A stretch of 63,291 nt of DNA, filler included, from Octopus bimaculoides (lineage: Eukaryota): the NCBI RefSeq assembly GCF_001194135.2. It is 5 parts of 5 records of this genome, joined end to end, with 100 filler letters (N's around TTAATTAATTAA, not from the genome) between each part and the next. Parts side by side here need not be neighbours in the genome. Positions count along the whole stretch, not along the records: positions 29,510 to 43,719 come from NC_068985.1; positions 43,820 to 60,190 come from NC_068988.1; 3 more parts are not named here. One strand, written 5' to 3'. Position numbers and translations under genes: made by a program. Position 1 is the first letter of the stretch. Every line of letters starts with the position of its first letter. The notes beneath the pieces are model-generated. The model did not search any database, was not told the origin of the DNA, and was given only the letters and a program-made list of their open reading frames with translations. Below are positions 34,313-47,445 of this stretch, piece after piece.

Positions 34313-37299
34313 ACGATCAGACAAATTAATAATGAGAAAAAGGGGTAGCCTTCTGATCGCAACAACAAAGTGTTCAAGCTGTTCATATATGGAGATTTTG
34401 TCTAGTCTCAATGGTTTCAAGGTAGTTGGTGACCGGTCCGAACAGTATGCAGTTCCGTCTAGTTCTGGTTCTATCTGCGCCAAGCTCCCGCTGTTTTCCC
34501 CATTCCCCTTTTTTAACAGAAAGTACGAGATTACCTGCTTTGCTAGTTAACAGGAAGTGAACGAGGTTACCTGTCTCGTACTATGCTAACTTCCTGTATA
34601 TATATTTGGTTATTCATACCAACGTTATTTCATTTCTGCCAAACAGTCGTTGACAAACGTTTATCTCGCCACCTTCGGAAAATATAGGGTAAGTTCTCAC
34701 CCTTCATTATCTTATAGGTATACGTAACAATATATATATATATGCATACATACATCGTCGGCTTTATCTCATATCCAAGAATGTAATTTCTTCTTTGCTC
34801 GCTTACTTTATGGCGATGGCGTTGATTACTCTACAGACCAATTCGATGGAAGAGTCGATGGCATTGATTACTCTACAGACCAATTCGATGGAAGAGTCGA
34901 TGGCATTGACTGTATGATAATGTTGATGGAGGACGAAGTCGATTTTGTCGAGCCGTTCTTTCTTGTCGTTTGATTTAATTTTTTACTTTTCTGATGGCTT
35001 CGAAGTATTTAGTTCCGATGATGATGGAACAACGCCAATTGGCACGGTCATGATGTATGAGAGGTGGATATAGATCTATTTTTCCATATGATTACAGCCG
35101 TTCCGTAACCTTCATCATGTAGAATTATTGATTGTGGTACGCAAAATTATGCGCGCATAATTCTTTGAATCCAACTTTTTCTATTACATGTGTGTGTGCG
35201 CGCGCGTGCGTGTACTACATCATAAAGGCGTGTCGCTTTGTGTTTAGGGTATCGGGTTCAGAGTGTGAGGTTGTGCAGCGTTGTTTTGTGTCCTTGAGTA
35301 AAGCCCATCATTTCACGTTGCTAGACAGTTAACCTTGCGACGGACTGGCATGTTATTCTCTCAGCTGCTTAAGCATCATGAAAATCAAGCTTAATGGACC
35401 TGTAAGATAGACGCGCTTTATCTCGGTTTTAACTAAATACAACGGTTTCAAGAATGCTTATTTTCATTTTACAAATACTTATATGTATTCTTATCCTTGT
35501 CACAAACAAGATCTAGCACGTACAAATGTGATTAATTAATAATTTCTAGAAGTACTGAAAAGAATTAACAAAAGATAGTCTATACTTATAGATTGTATTC
35601 AATTGTTACGTACTTAGACAACTGCGACAAGTTAGAAGTAAACACATAGGTTTGTATCGCGGGTGACAGCTTGTTCACATTGAAAATCTCTTGTCCTGTC
35701 CTTATATTAGTCTACCATTAAGTGGAAGGAGGAAGATAAAGATAAAAAGCATGCGCGAAAAAATTGGTCTGTGTGTGTGTATGAGAGAGAGAAACAGGGA
35801 GAGAACTGTCTGAAAAGCACAAGGAACTGACCTTTTTTTTTTTTCACAGGTATCGCAGATATATACCTGTGTTAAAGCTGCTCTAAGTCACTGAAATTTG
35901 AATTCGCCTCTGTTTAGCTTGAGATCATGCGAATTTAACAGGTTAAACAAATTTTGTTCTTAAGTGCACAATCCGAGAACAATACAAACGAATGTGTAGA
36001 GTGAGGTTTCAATCCTTGGTTGCAAATCCATTGTATATCTCCTACAAGTTCGTGAATCTTTTTCCCAATTCCCAAATCGCTAAGTTACGGGCAACCCCAA
36101 ATATCAAGGCACATACATTTCTCTCTTCTGCTCTCCCTCGCTCTTTCTCTCTCACACACATTCTCTGTCTCTCTTTCAGTGTCCGTCTCTCTCATTCTGT
36201 GTATATATTATACATGTGCACGCACGCACACACACACACACACACACGCACACATTTACCAGATCCACTCACAAAGCATTGGTCGGTCCGAAACTATAGA
36301 TGCCACGTAGTGGAAATGAGCCCAATTACTTGTGGTTGTCAAGCAAGGTTTTTAACCATACAGCCATGCCTGCACCTATATATATGCTTTATTTCTTTAT
36401 CTATTTATTGGTTGTAGCTTAATCATCTTTACCAAGTATTATTGTGTGATTGCTACCTCAACCGAGATGACATACATATCTGATGTCATTTTTTCTTTTT
36501 AAATTTTGTCTTACATTCAGCGAACGTCTGTTTATTTACTTCGTTGTTGTTGTTCTCGTTGTTTTTGTCTCGCAGTTTCATTAACTTAAATCCTTTAGTA
36601 GATGAGAACATGTCCAGCACACATTGTGAGAACTGTCAGTCTATGGAGGAAATAGCTGTCTTTAATGCAGGAAGTAGTTATCTTCAACAAGTTACATTCA
36701 ACTTTCAATTATTACAAACGTTTGTTTGCATTGCTCTTGTTTGTGTTTTGTGTTCTTTTTGTTGTTTTTTTTATTGTTTAAAAAAATTAATTGAATTTTA
36801 AAACCAAAAAAGTAAACAAGGAAAAAATTAATAACAGAAAACAATAGAAATGACATATGGATGAGGAGTGAGAAGGAGGTATAGGGGGGGGAGTTTTTTT
36901 TTAACAGATTATAAGTATAACAAATTTCAACTTATTATTTATGTTTATACATTCATTGTATGAAGTACAAGAGATAGATAGATAGATAGATAGATAGATG
37001 CGCAGAGCAGGAGAGAGCATTATGGGAGCCAAATAACTTTTTCAGTAACACAGTACGAAACGATGGCAAAACTAGTAAGCCCAATTTTTCTCCAATCTTT
37101 TACTGTCGGACAGCTCTTGAAATACATTCCCTATCTCAGGTAAAATTTACTATATGTATATCTCTTTCATAGCGTTAAATTGCATAAGGCAAATCATTAA
37201 AAAAAAATTGCGAAATATTGTATTTTAAGCATTAACCATTTGAAAACAAGTCTTTTTACGAATTGAAGAAATACAGATGGAGCTATGAATAATCTTTTT

Positions 37300-37505
37300 T
37301 ACTATAGACACAAGGCCTGGATTTTGTGGGGAGGAGACAGCCGATTTCATCGACCCCAGTACTCAACTAGTACTTGATTTATCGACCCCGAAAGGATGAA
37401 AGGCAAAGTCGACCTCGGCGGAATTTGAACTCAGAACGTAAAGACGGGAAAATACCGCTTAGCATCTTGCTCGACGTGCTAACGATTCTGCCAGCTCACC
37501 GCCTT
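37300..37505 (-). mobile_element. tRNA-derived SINE (family B)
   Basis: Minus strand AAGGCGGTGAGCTGGCAGAATCGTTAGCAC...GAGTTCAAATTCC (B box)...GCCTTTCATCCTTTCGGGGTCGATAAA..AGTAC. Other copies at about 4590-4795(-), 8500-8690(+), 14150-14350(-), 28845-29045(-), 31915-32030(-), 32930-33005(-), 53535-53735(+), 54130-54320(-), 60340-60545(+), 62480-62640(-), 62660-62815(-). Confidence 0.85.
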
Positions 37506-37614
37506 GATGTTGCTATAAATAATAAGCTCGCGATATTTGGTATAAAACCCCCATAGACTGGAAAAAAAGAAACTAAACGGAAATCAAAGCACGCATATAC
37601 CATAGACTGGAGAA

Positions 37615-37923
37615 CTGTGATATCACTACAACAGAGAGACCTGTCTACTTTTGACTGTAAAATTAGAAGCTTTAATCTGAGAAGCCAAAATAGAAATTTG
37701 TTTTTAAATCGTATTTGGAAGAATTGAGAAATTGAAAGTAAGTCTTTTTATGGAAATCATCAAATGCAAATGAAGTTATGAATAACACCTCGTGATAAAC
37801 AGGGTAATGAAAAAACCCTTGGACAGCAAAAGGGTAAACGAAGCCACCCACGGGAATCGAACCACGAGTCGACCGTAAATGATTAAAAGTCGATAGGTCT
37901 CTTTGGTGTCATGGTATCACAGC
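37615..37923. mobile_element. Old inverted-repeat element (~40-bp arms)
   Basis: CTGTGATATCACTACAACAGAGAGACCTGTCTACTTTT versus the reverse complement of AAAAGTCGATAGGTCTCTTTGGTGTCATGGTATCACAG. Confidence 0.4.
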
Positions 37924-38544
37924 CATCTGGTCTCCAAGAGACATGCTGTTCAATTCTAATGTATGCCTTTGAATATTCTTTTCGTCTAACAAATTTTCTT
38001 TTTTTTTTTTTTGACATGTCAAATAAGATTTTTTTTTTCTTTTTTTGACATGTCAAATAAGATCTTTTACCAAACCTCCATTTAGTAAATCAGCTGTGTC
38101 CACCTGTCAAGACATTGATAAAAGTAATACAACATCGGATTTTATAATTATCATCTACTTACAAAAGGTACCTTTCAGTTTCATTTTACAACTGGTTATT
38201 AACGATTATAAACGACTTTCACTCTCTTTCATTGCCCTTCATTTTGTTTGTTTCACTCAGTTGTCCTGCCATGATATGTTCATAAATCGAAAGATCACCG
38301 TAAGTAACATGAAGAAATGAGCTATTTCATTTATATGCCATAAATAATATTTTTTTTAACTGACGTATATCACTGGCTGTTTTTCACTGCCACACTTTTG
38401 CTTTCCTATCCGCGGGATTTAAGAGAAACAAATTGCTAAATTTGTTTAGAATGAGTATATATCTCATTTATTCATATCATTCCTCAAATTGAATGATTCA
38501 TACTACATTTCTGGAAATTAATAAATCTTTCATATAACGTTGTT

Positions 38545-38575
38545 CATAACAGGTAGATAGATAGATAGATAAATG

Positions 38576-38636
<61 letters not shown>

Positions 38637-38855
38637 GTAGGTAGGTGGATAGATAGATAGGTAGGTAGGTAGGTGGATAGATAGATAGGTAGGTAGGTAG
38701 GTGGATAGATAGATAGGTAGGTAGGTAGGTGGATAGATAGATAGGTAGGTAGGTAGGTGGATAGNNNNNNNNNNNNNNNNNNNNNNNNNNNNNNNNNNNN
38801 NNNNNNNNNNNNNNNNNNNNNNNNNNNNNNNNNNNNNNNNNNNNNNNNNNNNNNN

Positions 38856-38933
<78 letters not shown>

Positions 38934-38935
38934 GC
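38545..38935. repeat. (GATA)n/(GGTA)n compound microsatellite with an internal gap
   Basis: Read directly. Confidence 0.95.
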
Positions 38936-38944
38936 AGACAGATA

Positions 38945-39635
38945 GGTATTTACATATACATGCTTACATTAATTGCTGGTATGGACACCGTATTTCGTTT
39001 TGCAACCATAATATACTACCAAGTATATTAAAGTTTTTAGAATCAATACTGTGTCCTACTTTCGTCTTAGCAATGCGTTGTTTTTATTTTCAGATTTTCT
39101 TTAGAATTTAGAGCCAACAATGAAAGTTACAACGTATCATATACGAACAATGCGATCGAAGATAGAAAAATAAGTAATGGGCGTATATGAGTTCTTGCTC
39201 CTTCTTCAAAACCACATCCAACCATTAACCACCCACGAATACATTGCTTAAATACCCACTAAGTTTAGCGGTGTAACACTGCTATTTACCAATTTACAAA
39301 TTAAATACACTCCTGGTACATACATATTAATTGCTTGTAGGCACGTTATATTTCGTTTTCAACCATAATATACACCCAAGTATTTTAAGTTTTAGAAATC
39401 TATACCGTGTCCGACTTTTGTGTTTGCAGTGTGTTGTTTTCATTTTTAAGTTTTTCTATAGAATTTAGAGCTAGCACTGAAAGTTTCGTGTCGTTTACGA
39501 ATATGTCTATGTAAACAATGCGATTGAAAATAGAGAAATAGGTTGTAACGGTTATGATTTGTTTATGCATGCAAGATCCACTACAAGGTAAAGGGTGCTT
39601 ATGCATATTTCAAGAGTTATTGCTCCTTCTTCAGT
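38945..39635. repeat. Diverged tandem duplication of a ~300-360 bp unit
   Basis: 38945-39210 and 39315-39635 share co-linear blocks (ATTAATTGCT, AACCATAATATAC, TAGAATTTAGAGC, AACAATGCGAT, TTGCTCCTTCTTCA). Confidence 0.7.
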
Positions 39636-39639
39636 ACTA

Positions 39640-42300
39640 CTAACACAATGTCCAGGCGTCTGCTCCATATAAAAGAATTGTAATGACAACTGACCCATAC
39701 ACGCCCAGTTTTGTCCTTACTGGGACATCATAAGCATTCCAAAGTTGACCATAAAGCTTCCCGAAAGCTGTACTGATCTTTCCAATACGAGTTTGGATCT
39801 CCCCTTCAAGTTTAGCATTACTTGTTGCACTAGAATCCAAATATATGAAAGCATCAACCGTTTTCAGACCTTTGCTTTCAATAAACACGCTGGTCAAGAT
39901 TTCTAGATTGTTACCAGGACATGGCTGACACAACAGTTCGGTCTTTTTTATGCTGATAGCTAAGCCAAAAGATCTGGCTTCCGCTGCAAATTTGTGAATG
40001 ATGTACTGGATGTACTCGAGTGTCTGAGCAACTCCGTCACAAACATCTATAAACACTAAGTCTTTTATTGTCTACGATGCACTTTTGTCCTTGTTTTGGA
40101 ATGCTGCTGGTTGAAGATACCACCCGCAGTTGTATATTCAAGAAACACACCCTCTTCTACATAAAAAAAAGACACAATCTGGCATTGCTCCAAAATTAGT
40201 GCAAATAATACTGATGCCAAAACACAACCTTGTGCCATTTTTAACATTAAAAGGCTGAGAGTGACTGCCGTTTGAGAGAACTCATGCCTTCATATCATTA
40301 TGTAGGGACGCTAAGACATTTAGCATTTACGCAGAAATCCCGACCTTTGCTAATACTTTCCACAAAACTGCCGACATTCAGAGTTAAAATCTTTTGTAAG
40401 ATCAACAAATACCACATATACGCCTTCATTGTGCTCCTGGGCCTTCTGAACTTGTAGCAAACTGAATCATATTCACTGTCCAATGACCTGACCTAAATCC
40501 TTATTGATTCTCTGGATAGACAGAATCGACTATAAGTCAGTATTAATTCTGTTTAAGATGACTCTAGAGAGCAGCGATATGCCGCGATGTTTGTCACATT
40601 CACACTTATTATCTTAATACTTATACAGATGTACACTCGTTGCATCTTTAAATTGTTGAAGGGCAGTCCCTATTCGCCACATTTGGACTAAGCTCCGTCA
40701 ATTTATCTATCAAAATGTTTCTCAAAGAATTCCATCCTCTGTTGGGGCTTTGCCATTTGTTAGTTGTTTTATAGCCACTTTCACTTCGTCGAAATATGGA
40801 TCCAATGCAAGACAGTTAAGTACCTGTTTCTGCGGGATATTGTTGATTGAGTTCATGTCAACATTTGTATCTCTATTAAGTACATCCTTAAAATATTCTG
40901 CTCTACGTTTCAATATGCCATTTATGATCTGTGAGAAGATTCCATTCTGTAGTAAGAACAGAGCACCCTTCTTTACTTGGACCAAATACTCACTTCAAAT
41001 TTTGACCTTTCATCTTATGTTTGTTAGCTGGTTCTTGCAGAGCTTTAGCTTTTTGTTCCCACCACTGTTGCTTCATATTTCGGAGTTTAATTTGATCAGA
41101 GCTTTTGGTAAACTTGTAAATCATTTTTGTAGCAGTTTTTTATTTATTTATTTATTTATTTATTTTTGTCTGAAATCCATTCTTTGTGAAGCCTGTACAT
41201 TTCCTGAAGCTGTTCATTTATAACCTCGTCATTTTCATCTAACCAATCTTGGTTTTTACAGCATAAAACCCAAGAACTTCCCAGAATGACTCATGAATAG
41301 TTGACACTTTGATTCTTTTATTTTCCGTGATTCTAACATTATGTAACTTTTCATCAAGTGTCTGAGCAAGAATATCCTTGTTTTTAACTTTGAGCTTTGA
41401 AATATCTAGTCTCCTTTTTTTACAATTTTGTTTTATGGCAGGCTTCAGTTTCATTTCAATCTTTCTACAAACCATAGCATAATCAGACCAGTATTCTGCC
41501 TTATGGAAAGAACGTATTAATTCAATATAATTTCTATCTTGGCTTCGGACAATCACATAATCAATCAAGTGACCATGACCTGATGATCTCGGATGATACC
41601 AAGCTATTTTGTTTTTATTGGTCTGTTGAAAAAGTGTATTGGTGACAAAAAGTCTAAACTCTCTGCACAAAGATTGCAGCAGAAGTCCATTTGAGTTCAT
41701 TTTACTAAGAATATTTGACCAAGAAAAGTAATCTGATCCAAGGCAAGCAGTAAAATCTCCCAAAAGAAGAGTTTTATCTTGATTGGGAATTCGGTTCAGT
41801 AATTTTGATAAATCAGAATAGAACCTATCTTTAACTGCGTCTGTAGAACCAAGTGTTGGTGCGTATTCACTTACTAATGTAGCATATTTGTCTAGGTCAA
41901 TTGAGATTCGCAATAACATAAGACAATCATTAATTCCATTTGGTAAAGATTCTAGTTTATGTACAATATCATTACTAATAGCGAAACCCATACCAGATTC
42001 CCTCTGTTCTGCCCCAGATTTACTAATACAGAAGAAAGAGTACCCTCCAGCGACTTCTTTCAGAATCTAGGAGCCTTGTCTCCGAAAGAGCAGCAATACA
42101 GACATTATTACTTCTCATAAACCGAACTATAAGCGTTGTTTTGCGCTCAAGATGCTTTTGGTCTTGAAGTATGCGTACGTTCCAAGCTGCTATATTCATA
42201 TCCGTTTCTCTATCCTTTTTCCTTTGTCTTCTCATATATTTTTTTTCGATTGCATGATCGAAAATCCAGTCATTCGCAATATAATCACAGGATTGTATGA
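39640..42300 (-). mobile_element. RTE (BovB-like) LINE, near-complete APE+RT ORF, decayed
   Basis: MNIAAWNVR, AALSETR, YAPT...LLGDF, WYHPRSSGHGHLIDY (APE); KAPTEDGI, HRGISLLS, FVDLTKDF, QGCVLASVLF, KKTE, TILLYGADAWTL (RT). Many stops and frameshifts. Confidence 0.9.
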
Positions 42301-43125
42301 GCAAGCAAAATTTAGGGCACCTTTTCTAGCCCTTTCCCCACAAAACCACAAAAGGGAAAGCAGTACTATAGGATGCTTTGTATTTAAGACCAAGACATCG
42401 ACTGTGAAATTGCTCACATAAGTTTCACAAAACAGCCATCTACTTCTTACCACCATATGCGCAAAGCTCAAGCTAGAAACCTCCATTGATTTTCTCCACC
42501 TGTCCCTGTCACTGTCATTTCATTGCTGCAAAATTTGATTTGTCCTCATGTTAAGTGGAAGTTGCTTGTGCTGGACAAAACCCACTCTCTCTACTTAGAA
42601 AGCATAACCTGTTTTCGTGTAGTGTGCCACTTGTCAGATTCAGACTAGGTCGCAGATCAAATAATGATGGTATGGCTTGATCAACACACACACATAGACA
42701 CATATACATATACAAAGAGTATAAAATATAAAAATATAAAAAATGTATAAATATATTTTTAAAAACGTATATACACATAAATATATTAAAATATAAAATT
42801 TTAAAATATAAATAAAATAATATATAGACAATGTACACATATGTACACATTGTTGACTACTTATGAGTTCCTCCGCCCTGTGACGGGTTTTTTCCTCTCG
42901 CAGAGTGCCCAACAATCATCCTACGGGCACCGCCTTGAATTTTTAGTCGAACTTATTTTTTCTTAAGCTTTGTTCTATCCGTCTCTTTTGCTAAGCCACT
43001 AGGTTACAGGGCCGTAAATACACCAGTTGTCCAGCACTGGTTGGGGACAAACACAGACATGAACACACACACACAAATCTATTTATCTATTTATATGTGT
43101 GTGTGTGTGTGTGCGTGCATGCATG

Positions 43126-43268
43126 TAAAGCGACTGAGGGCGCTATTCAGTACCAGTATTGCTAGAAATAAGAGTCAAAACAACAGTCGGTGCGTTATTG
43201 TGGCTATGAGTTATTTTAACTCTTATTTCTAGCAATACTGGTGCTGAATAGTACCCTCAATCTCTTTA
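43126..43268. mobile_element. 143-bp hairpin MITE-like element
   Basis: ~59-bp arms TAAAGCGACTGAGGGCGCTATTCAGTACCAGTATTGCTAGAAATAAGAGTCAAAACAAC and their reverse complement, with a ~25-nt loop. Confidence 0.65.
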
Positions 43269-43479
43269 GTGACGTATATATTTTCGCCTTTCGGTTGAAA
43301 AATTGCTAACAACCCACAGCCGAAATTGCAAAGATAATTTGGAACTCGACTGGAGAAAGAAAACTCCGAATGACCCGACCTTGTTTTTTTGTATCGTCTG
43401 TTTGGATGTTTTGTTGTCCCTTTTTTGTATCATCTAACTGTCTGAATGTTTTGCGTTCTTGTCCCATTTTTGGTATTCC

Positions 43480-43514
<35 letters not shown>

Positions 43515-43856
43515 CGATCTGTTTTCAGTTTCCGTCTACCAAATCCACTCACCTGAGATTTTATAGTAGAAGACACTTGCCCAAAGTGCTACGAAGTGGG
43601 ACTGAACCCGGGACCATGTGGTTGGAAAGCAAGCTTCTTATTACGTTAAACATTCAACATCTAAAGTGTCATCTAAAATGAAATGTGGCTTTCTAGTGAA
43701 AAGGTGGGTGGGAGTGCAGNNNNNNNNNNNNNNNNNNNNNNNNNNNNNNNNNNNNNNNNNNNNTTAATTAATTAANNNNNNNNNNNNNNNNNNNNNNNNN
43801 NNNNNNNNNNNNNNNNNNNTTGTAGTGGTCATCCACTTGTTGTTGCTACTGTAGTT

Positions 43857-43909
<53 letters not shown>

Positions 43910-43944
43910 TTCACGGTGCTTCCATTTATGGTTTGGCATATGAG

Positions 43945-44315
43945 CGACAAAGCATCTTTGATCTCCGTGGCTAGCTGCATCAGGAAGACCGAAGGTAATA
44001 CCTACGATCAAATTGAGGTCAATCACATCCATTATTAGTGTATCGCACACTGTGTTGGTGCGGTGAAGAGGACATTTGTTGCCAGGTCTTCTTGGATGAA
44101 AATAGCTATTTCCCCTTGCTTCCGTATTCTATGGTCAGTTCTGAGTAATACATAACCTGACCTATGTACATCCACATCTGATATGTCTGGTGTCAGGTGT
44201 GTTTCACTTAGTGCTACATATATTGTCTTTTCTCGCTGTGCAAGGTCTCTAAGATATGATACTTATTTTCAATTTGTTAAGTGTGGAAGATCTTGTACAT
44301 TCGGCATTCACTTAG
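43945..44315 (-). mobile_element. CR1/L2-like LINE apurinic endonuclease fragment
   Basis: NVQDL...YVALSETHLTPDISDVDVHRSGYVLLRTDHRIRKQGEIAIFI, typical of the APE N-terminal half (ETHL...GY...R.DR...GG.A.Y). Confidence 0.65.
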
Positions 44316-45471
44316 AGTTGAGTTTGTGGGTTAATGAAAGCAATGGTGTGTGGTTTTCCACTGGGGTAAAAGCAGTGGTTGGTGCTGTGTGAGAACTAGA
44401 AGTCTTTTTTTTTCTTTTGCCAGATTCATCATGGTTTGTGGCTGTTGATTTTACAATCGATACCTGGATGATATTTGGGTTTCGATGAAAGTCTGGACCA
44501 ACACTGCCACTGTAAGGAAAATAACCCTGAAATCCGGATACGTTCGTGCTGCTGGTCGAGGTGAGAGGGATAACTCCCTTGGCAAACAGGACACAGTCGT
44601 GTGTCGATAAGCCAGCTGGAGGAGATGTCCTCCTGGGGCTAAAAGCAACAGTAACATCCACCCCTAGGGGTCAGCCACACTTAAGTGGCAATATACTACA
44701 CTTTATCNNNNNNNNNNNNNNNNNNNNNNNNNNNNNNNNNNNNNNNNNNNNNNNNNNNNNNNNNNNNNNNNNNNNNNNNNNNNNNNNNNNNNNNNNNNNN
44801 NNNNNNNNNNNNNNNNNNNNNNNNNNNNNNNNNNNNNNNNNNNNNNNNNNNNNNNNNNNNNNNNNNNNNNNNNNNNNNNNNNNNNNNNNNNNNNNNNNNN
44901 NNNNNNNNNNNNNNNNNNNNNNNNNNNNNNNNNNNNNNNNNNNNNNNNNNNNNNNNNNNNNNNNNNNNNNNNNNNNNNNNNNNNNNNNNNNNNNNNNNNN
45001 NNNNNNNNNNNNNNNNNNNNNNNNNNNNNNNNNNNNNNNNNNNNNNNNNNNNNNNNNNNNNNNNNNNNNNNNNNNNNNNNNNNNNNNNNNNNNNNNNNNN
45101 NNNNNNNNNNNNNNNNNNNNNNNNNNNNNNNNNNNNNNNNNNNNNNNNNNNNNNNNNNNNNNNNNNNNNNNNNNNNNNNNNNNNNNNNNNNNNNNNNNNN
45201 NNNNNNNNNNNNNNNNNNNNNNNNNNNNNNNNNNNNNNNNNNNNNNNNNNNNNNNNNNNNNNNNNNNNNNNNNNNNNNNNNNNNNNNNNNNNNNNNNNNN
45301 NNNNNNNNNNNNNNNNNNNNNNNNNNNNNNNNNNNNNNNNNNNNNNNNNNNNNNNNNNNNNNNNNNNNNNNNNNNNNNNNNNNNNNNNNNNNNNNNNNNN
45401 NNNNNNNNNNNNNNNNNNNNNNNNNNNNNNNNNNNNNNNNNNNNNNNNNNNNNNNNNNNNNNNNNNNNNNN

Positions 45472-45552
45472 CTTGTTCACGGACAGACAAACAAACAAAT
45501 GCGACTGAAAACAATATCTCCGCCTTAGCGGAGGGAGGCGGAGGTAATAATT
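45472..45552 (+). mobile_element. 3' end of a Helentron/HINE-like non-autonomous element
   Basis: (GACA/AAAC)n, then GCGACTGAAAACAATA, then hairpin CTCCGCCT...AGGCGGAG (45518-45543) and GTAAT. The same pre-hairpin sequence ends the element at 62851-63183. Confidence 0.5.
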
Positions 45553-45938
45553 AAGTGTACTGAGTTTTATGTTCCTCTCCGTTCTACCAATCACACACAC
45601 ACACACACGTATTTGTACACATAAGTATGTATGGCTGTATTTTATGTTCTTTTAAACTTTTACTAATTTCGAAAAATTTGACTGCGTCCGGCCATGCTGG
45701 AGTTCAGCCTTTGGGGATTTTTTTTTTTTTTAGTCTCTTAGCGTCCTCGCCGAGTAGTCGATCCAGACGTGGCATTGCTGTTTTATCGATTGTTTACCAT
45801 GTTATCATAAACACGCGGCAGTGTCAGATCAAACACACAAACACAAATTAACGAACCAGACAAACGGAGATATACATATTACATCGTATATACTGAGATA
45901 ATATGCGTGTTCAGTGTGTGTGTGGATACATAGATATA

Positions 45939-45974
<36 letters not shown>

Positions 45975-46125
45975 CACACGCGCACACATTTATCTATATG
46001 TATATGTATAGATATGCAAATAATACGTGTGTGTGTAAAAAAAATATTTATCATTTTCACCAGAATATATATATATATATAAGCGGTTGTTGGGTATACG
46101 CACACACACAATGTATGTTTCTGTG

Positions 46126-46188
<63 letters not shown>

Positions 46189-46361
46189 CTGTGTGTGCGC
46201 GCGTCGGGTTTCTTTCAGTTTCAGTCTACCAAATCTACTCACAAGGCTTTGGTCGACCCGAGCTTATAGAAGACCAAGATGTCACGCAGTGGGACTGAAC
46301 CCGGAACCATGTGGTTGGGAAGCAAACATACTACCACATAATATGTATATATATCAATATT

Positions 46362-46396
<35 letters not shown>

Positions 46397-46458
46397 TTAT
46401 ATGTATGTATGCGTGTGTATATATTTTTTCATATCTGTAAACACACATAGTTCTAGTG

Positions 46459-46489
<31 letters not shown>

Positions 46490-46513
46490 GTGTGCGTGTG
46501 TGTGTATTTTATA

Positions 46514-46734
46514 CGAATGGGTGCTGAAAAGTTCCCTGGATTTGGGTGAAAGAAAATACAAGAGGATCAGTTAATTATGGTTTTATTCAACATATCCCCT
46601 TCTCAGATTCACACACTTATTGCAGCGGTTCTTCAATCTTTTTCTAATTCTTATCAAAGAACTCGGAAGGCTGGGCCTCCAACCAGGCCTTTCGCGACCC
46701 CATTTAAATCCAGGAACTTCTCAGCACCCCTTCG
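46514..46734. mobile_element. Mariner-derived MITE (221 bp)
   Basis: TA-flanked ~28-bp TIRs CGAATGGGTGCTGAAAAGTTCCCTGGATTT / AAATCCAGGAACTTCTCAGCACCCCTTCG. Confidence 0.75.
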
Positions 46735-47392
46735 TATATATTACGCGCACATATATACGAGTGTCTGTTTGTTTGTAAAAGACAGAAAAGGTGACTGACG
46801 GCTGTAAGGTGAGAAATCAGAAAGCGAGACGGTTAGGGGTCTTTTGAAAGTGAAGGTTAAGAACGAAAAGCAGACGATGCACATTGGGCAGTAGTTTGGG
46901 GATAACGATCCTGAAATTAACTGAGTGAAGAAAGGTTGGTGCTTGTTATCTACTCCGAGTAATTCCACATCAATGAGAGAATAACAGAGCACCAGAGAGT
47001 GAAAGTGCGTGTGTGATTGTGTATCTACGCAGACGGATTAATGCATTTTGTACACGGACATATAAACCAGTGTGTTTATATGAAAACGTATTTTGAGAGA
47101 GAATGCGTGAGGTAGTATGTATGGGTGCTGTATGAAGTTTGTATGAGCATATGTGAGTATGTCTGTATGTGCGTGTGTGCAAGCTTGTATGTGCGTGTGT
47201 ATGAGCTTGTATGTGCGTATGTATGAGCTTGTATGTATGTATATGAGCTTGTATGTGCGTGTGAATGAGTTTGTATGTGCGTGTGTACGAGTTCTCTTTT
47301 ATGTTCGTGTTAATGGTTTGTATGTGTGTGTGCATGAGTTTGTATATGGTGCGAGTATGAGTCTGTGCGTGTGTGCGTGCGTGTGCGTATAT

Positions 47393-47445
<53 letters not shown>

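Noticed and set aside
34523-34597. HDV-like ribozyme call for the crossing stems
   Set aside because: P3/L3 length and sequence, the G1 position and the P1.1 GG do not fit on either strand; kept only as an unexplained structure.
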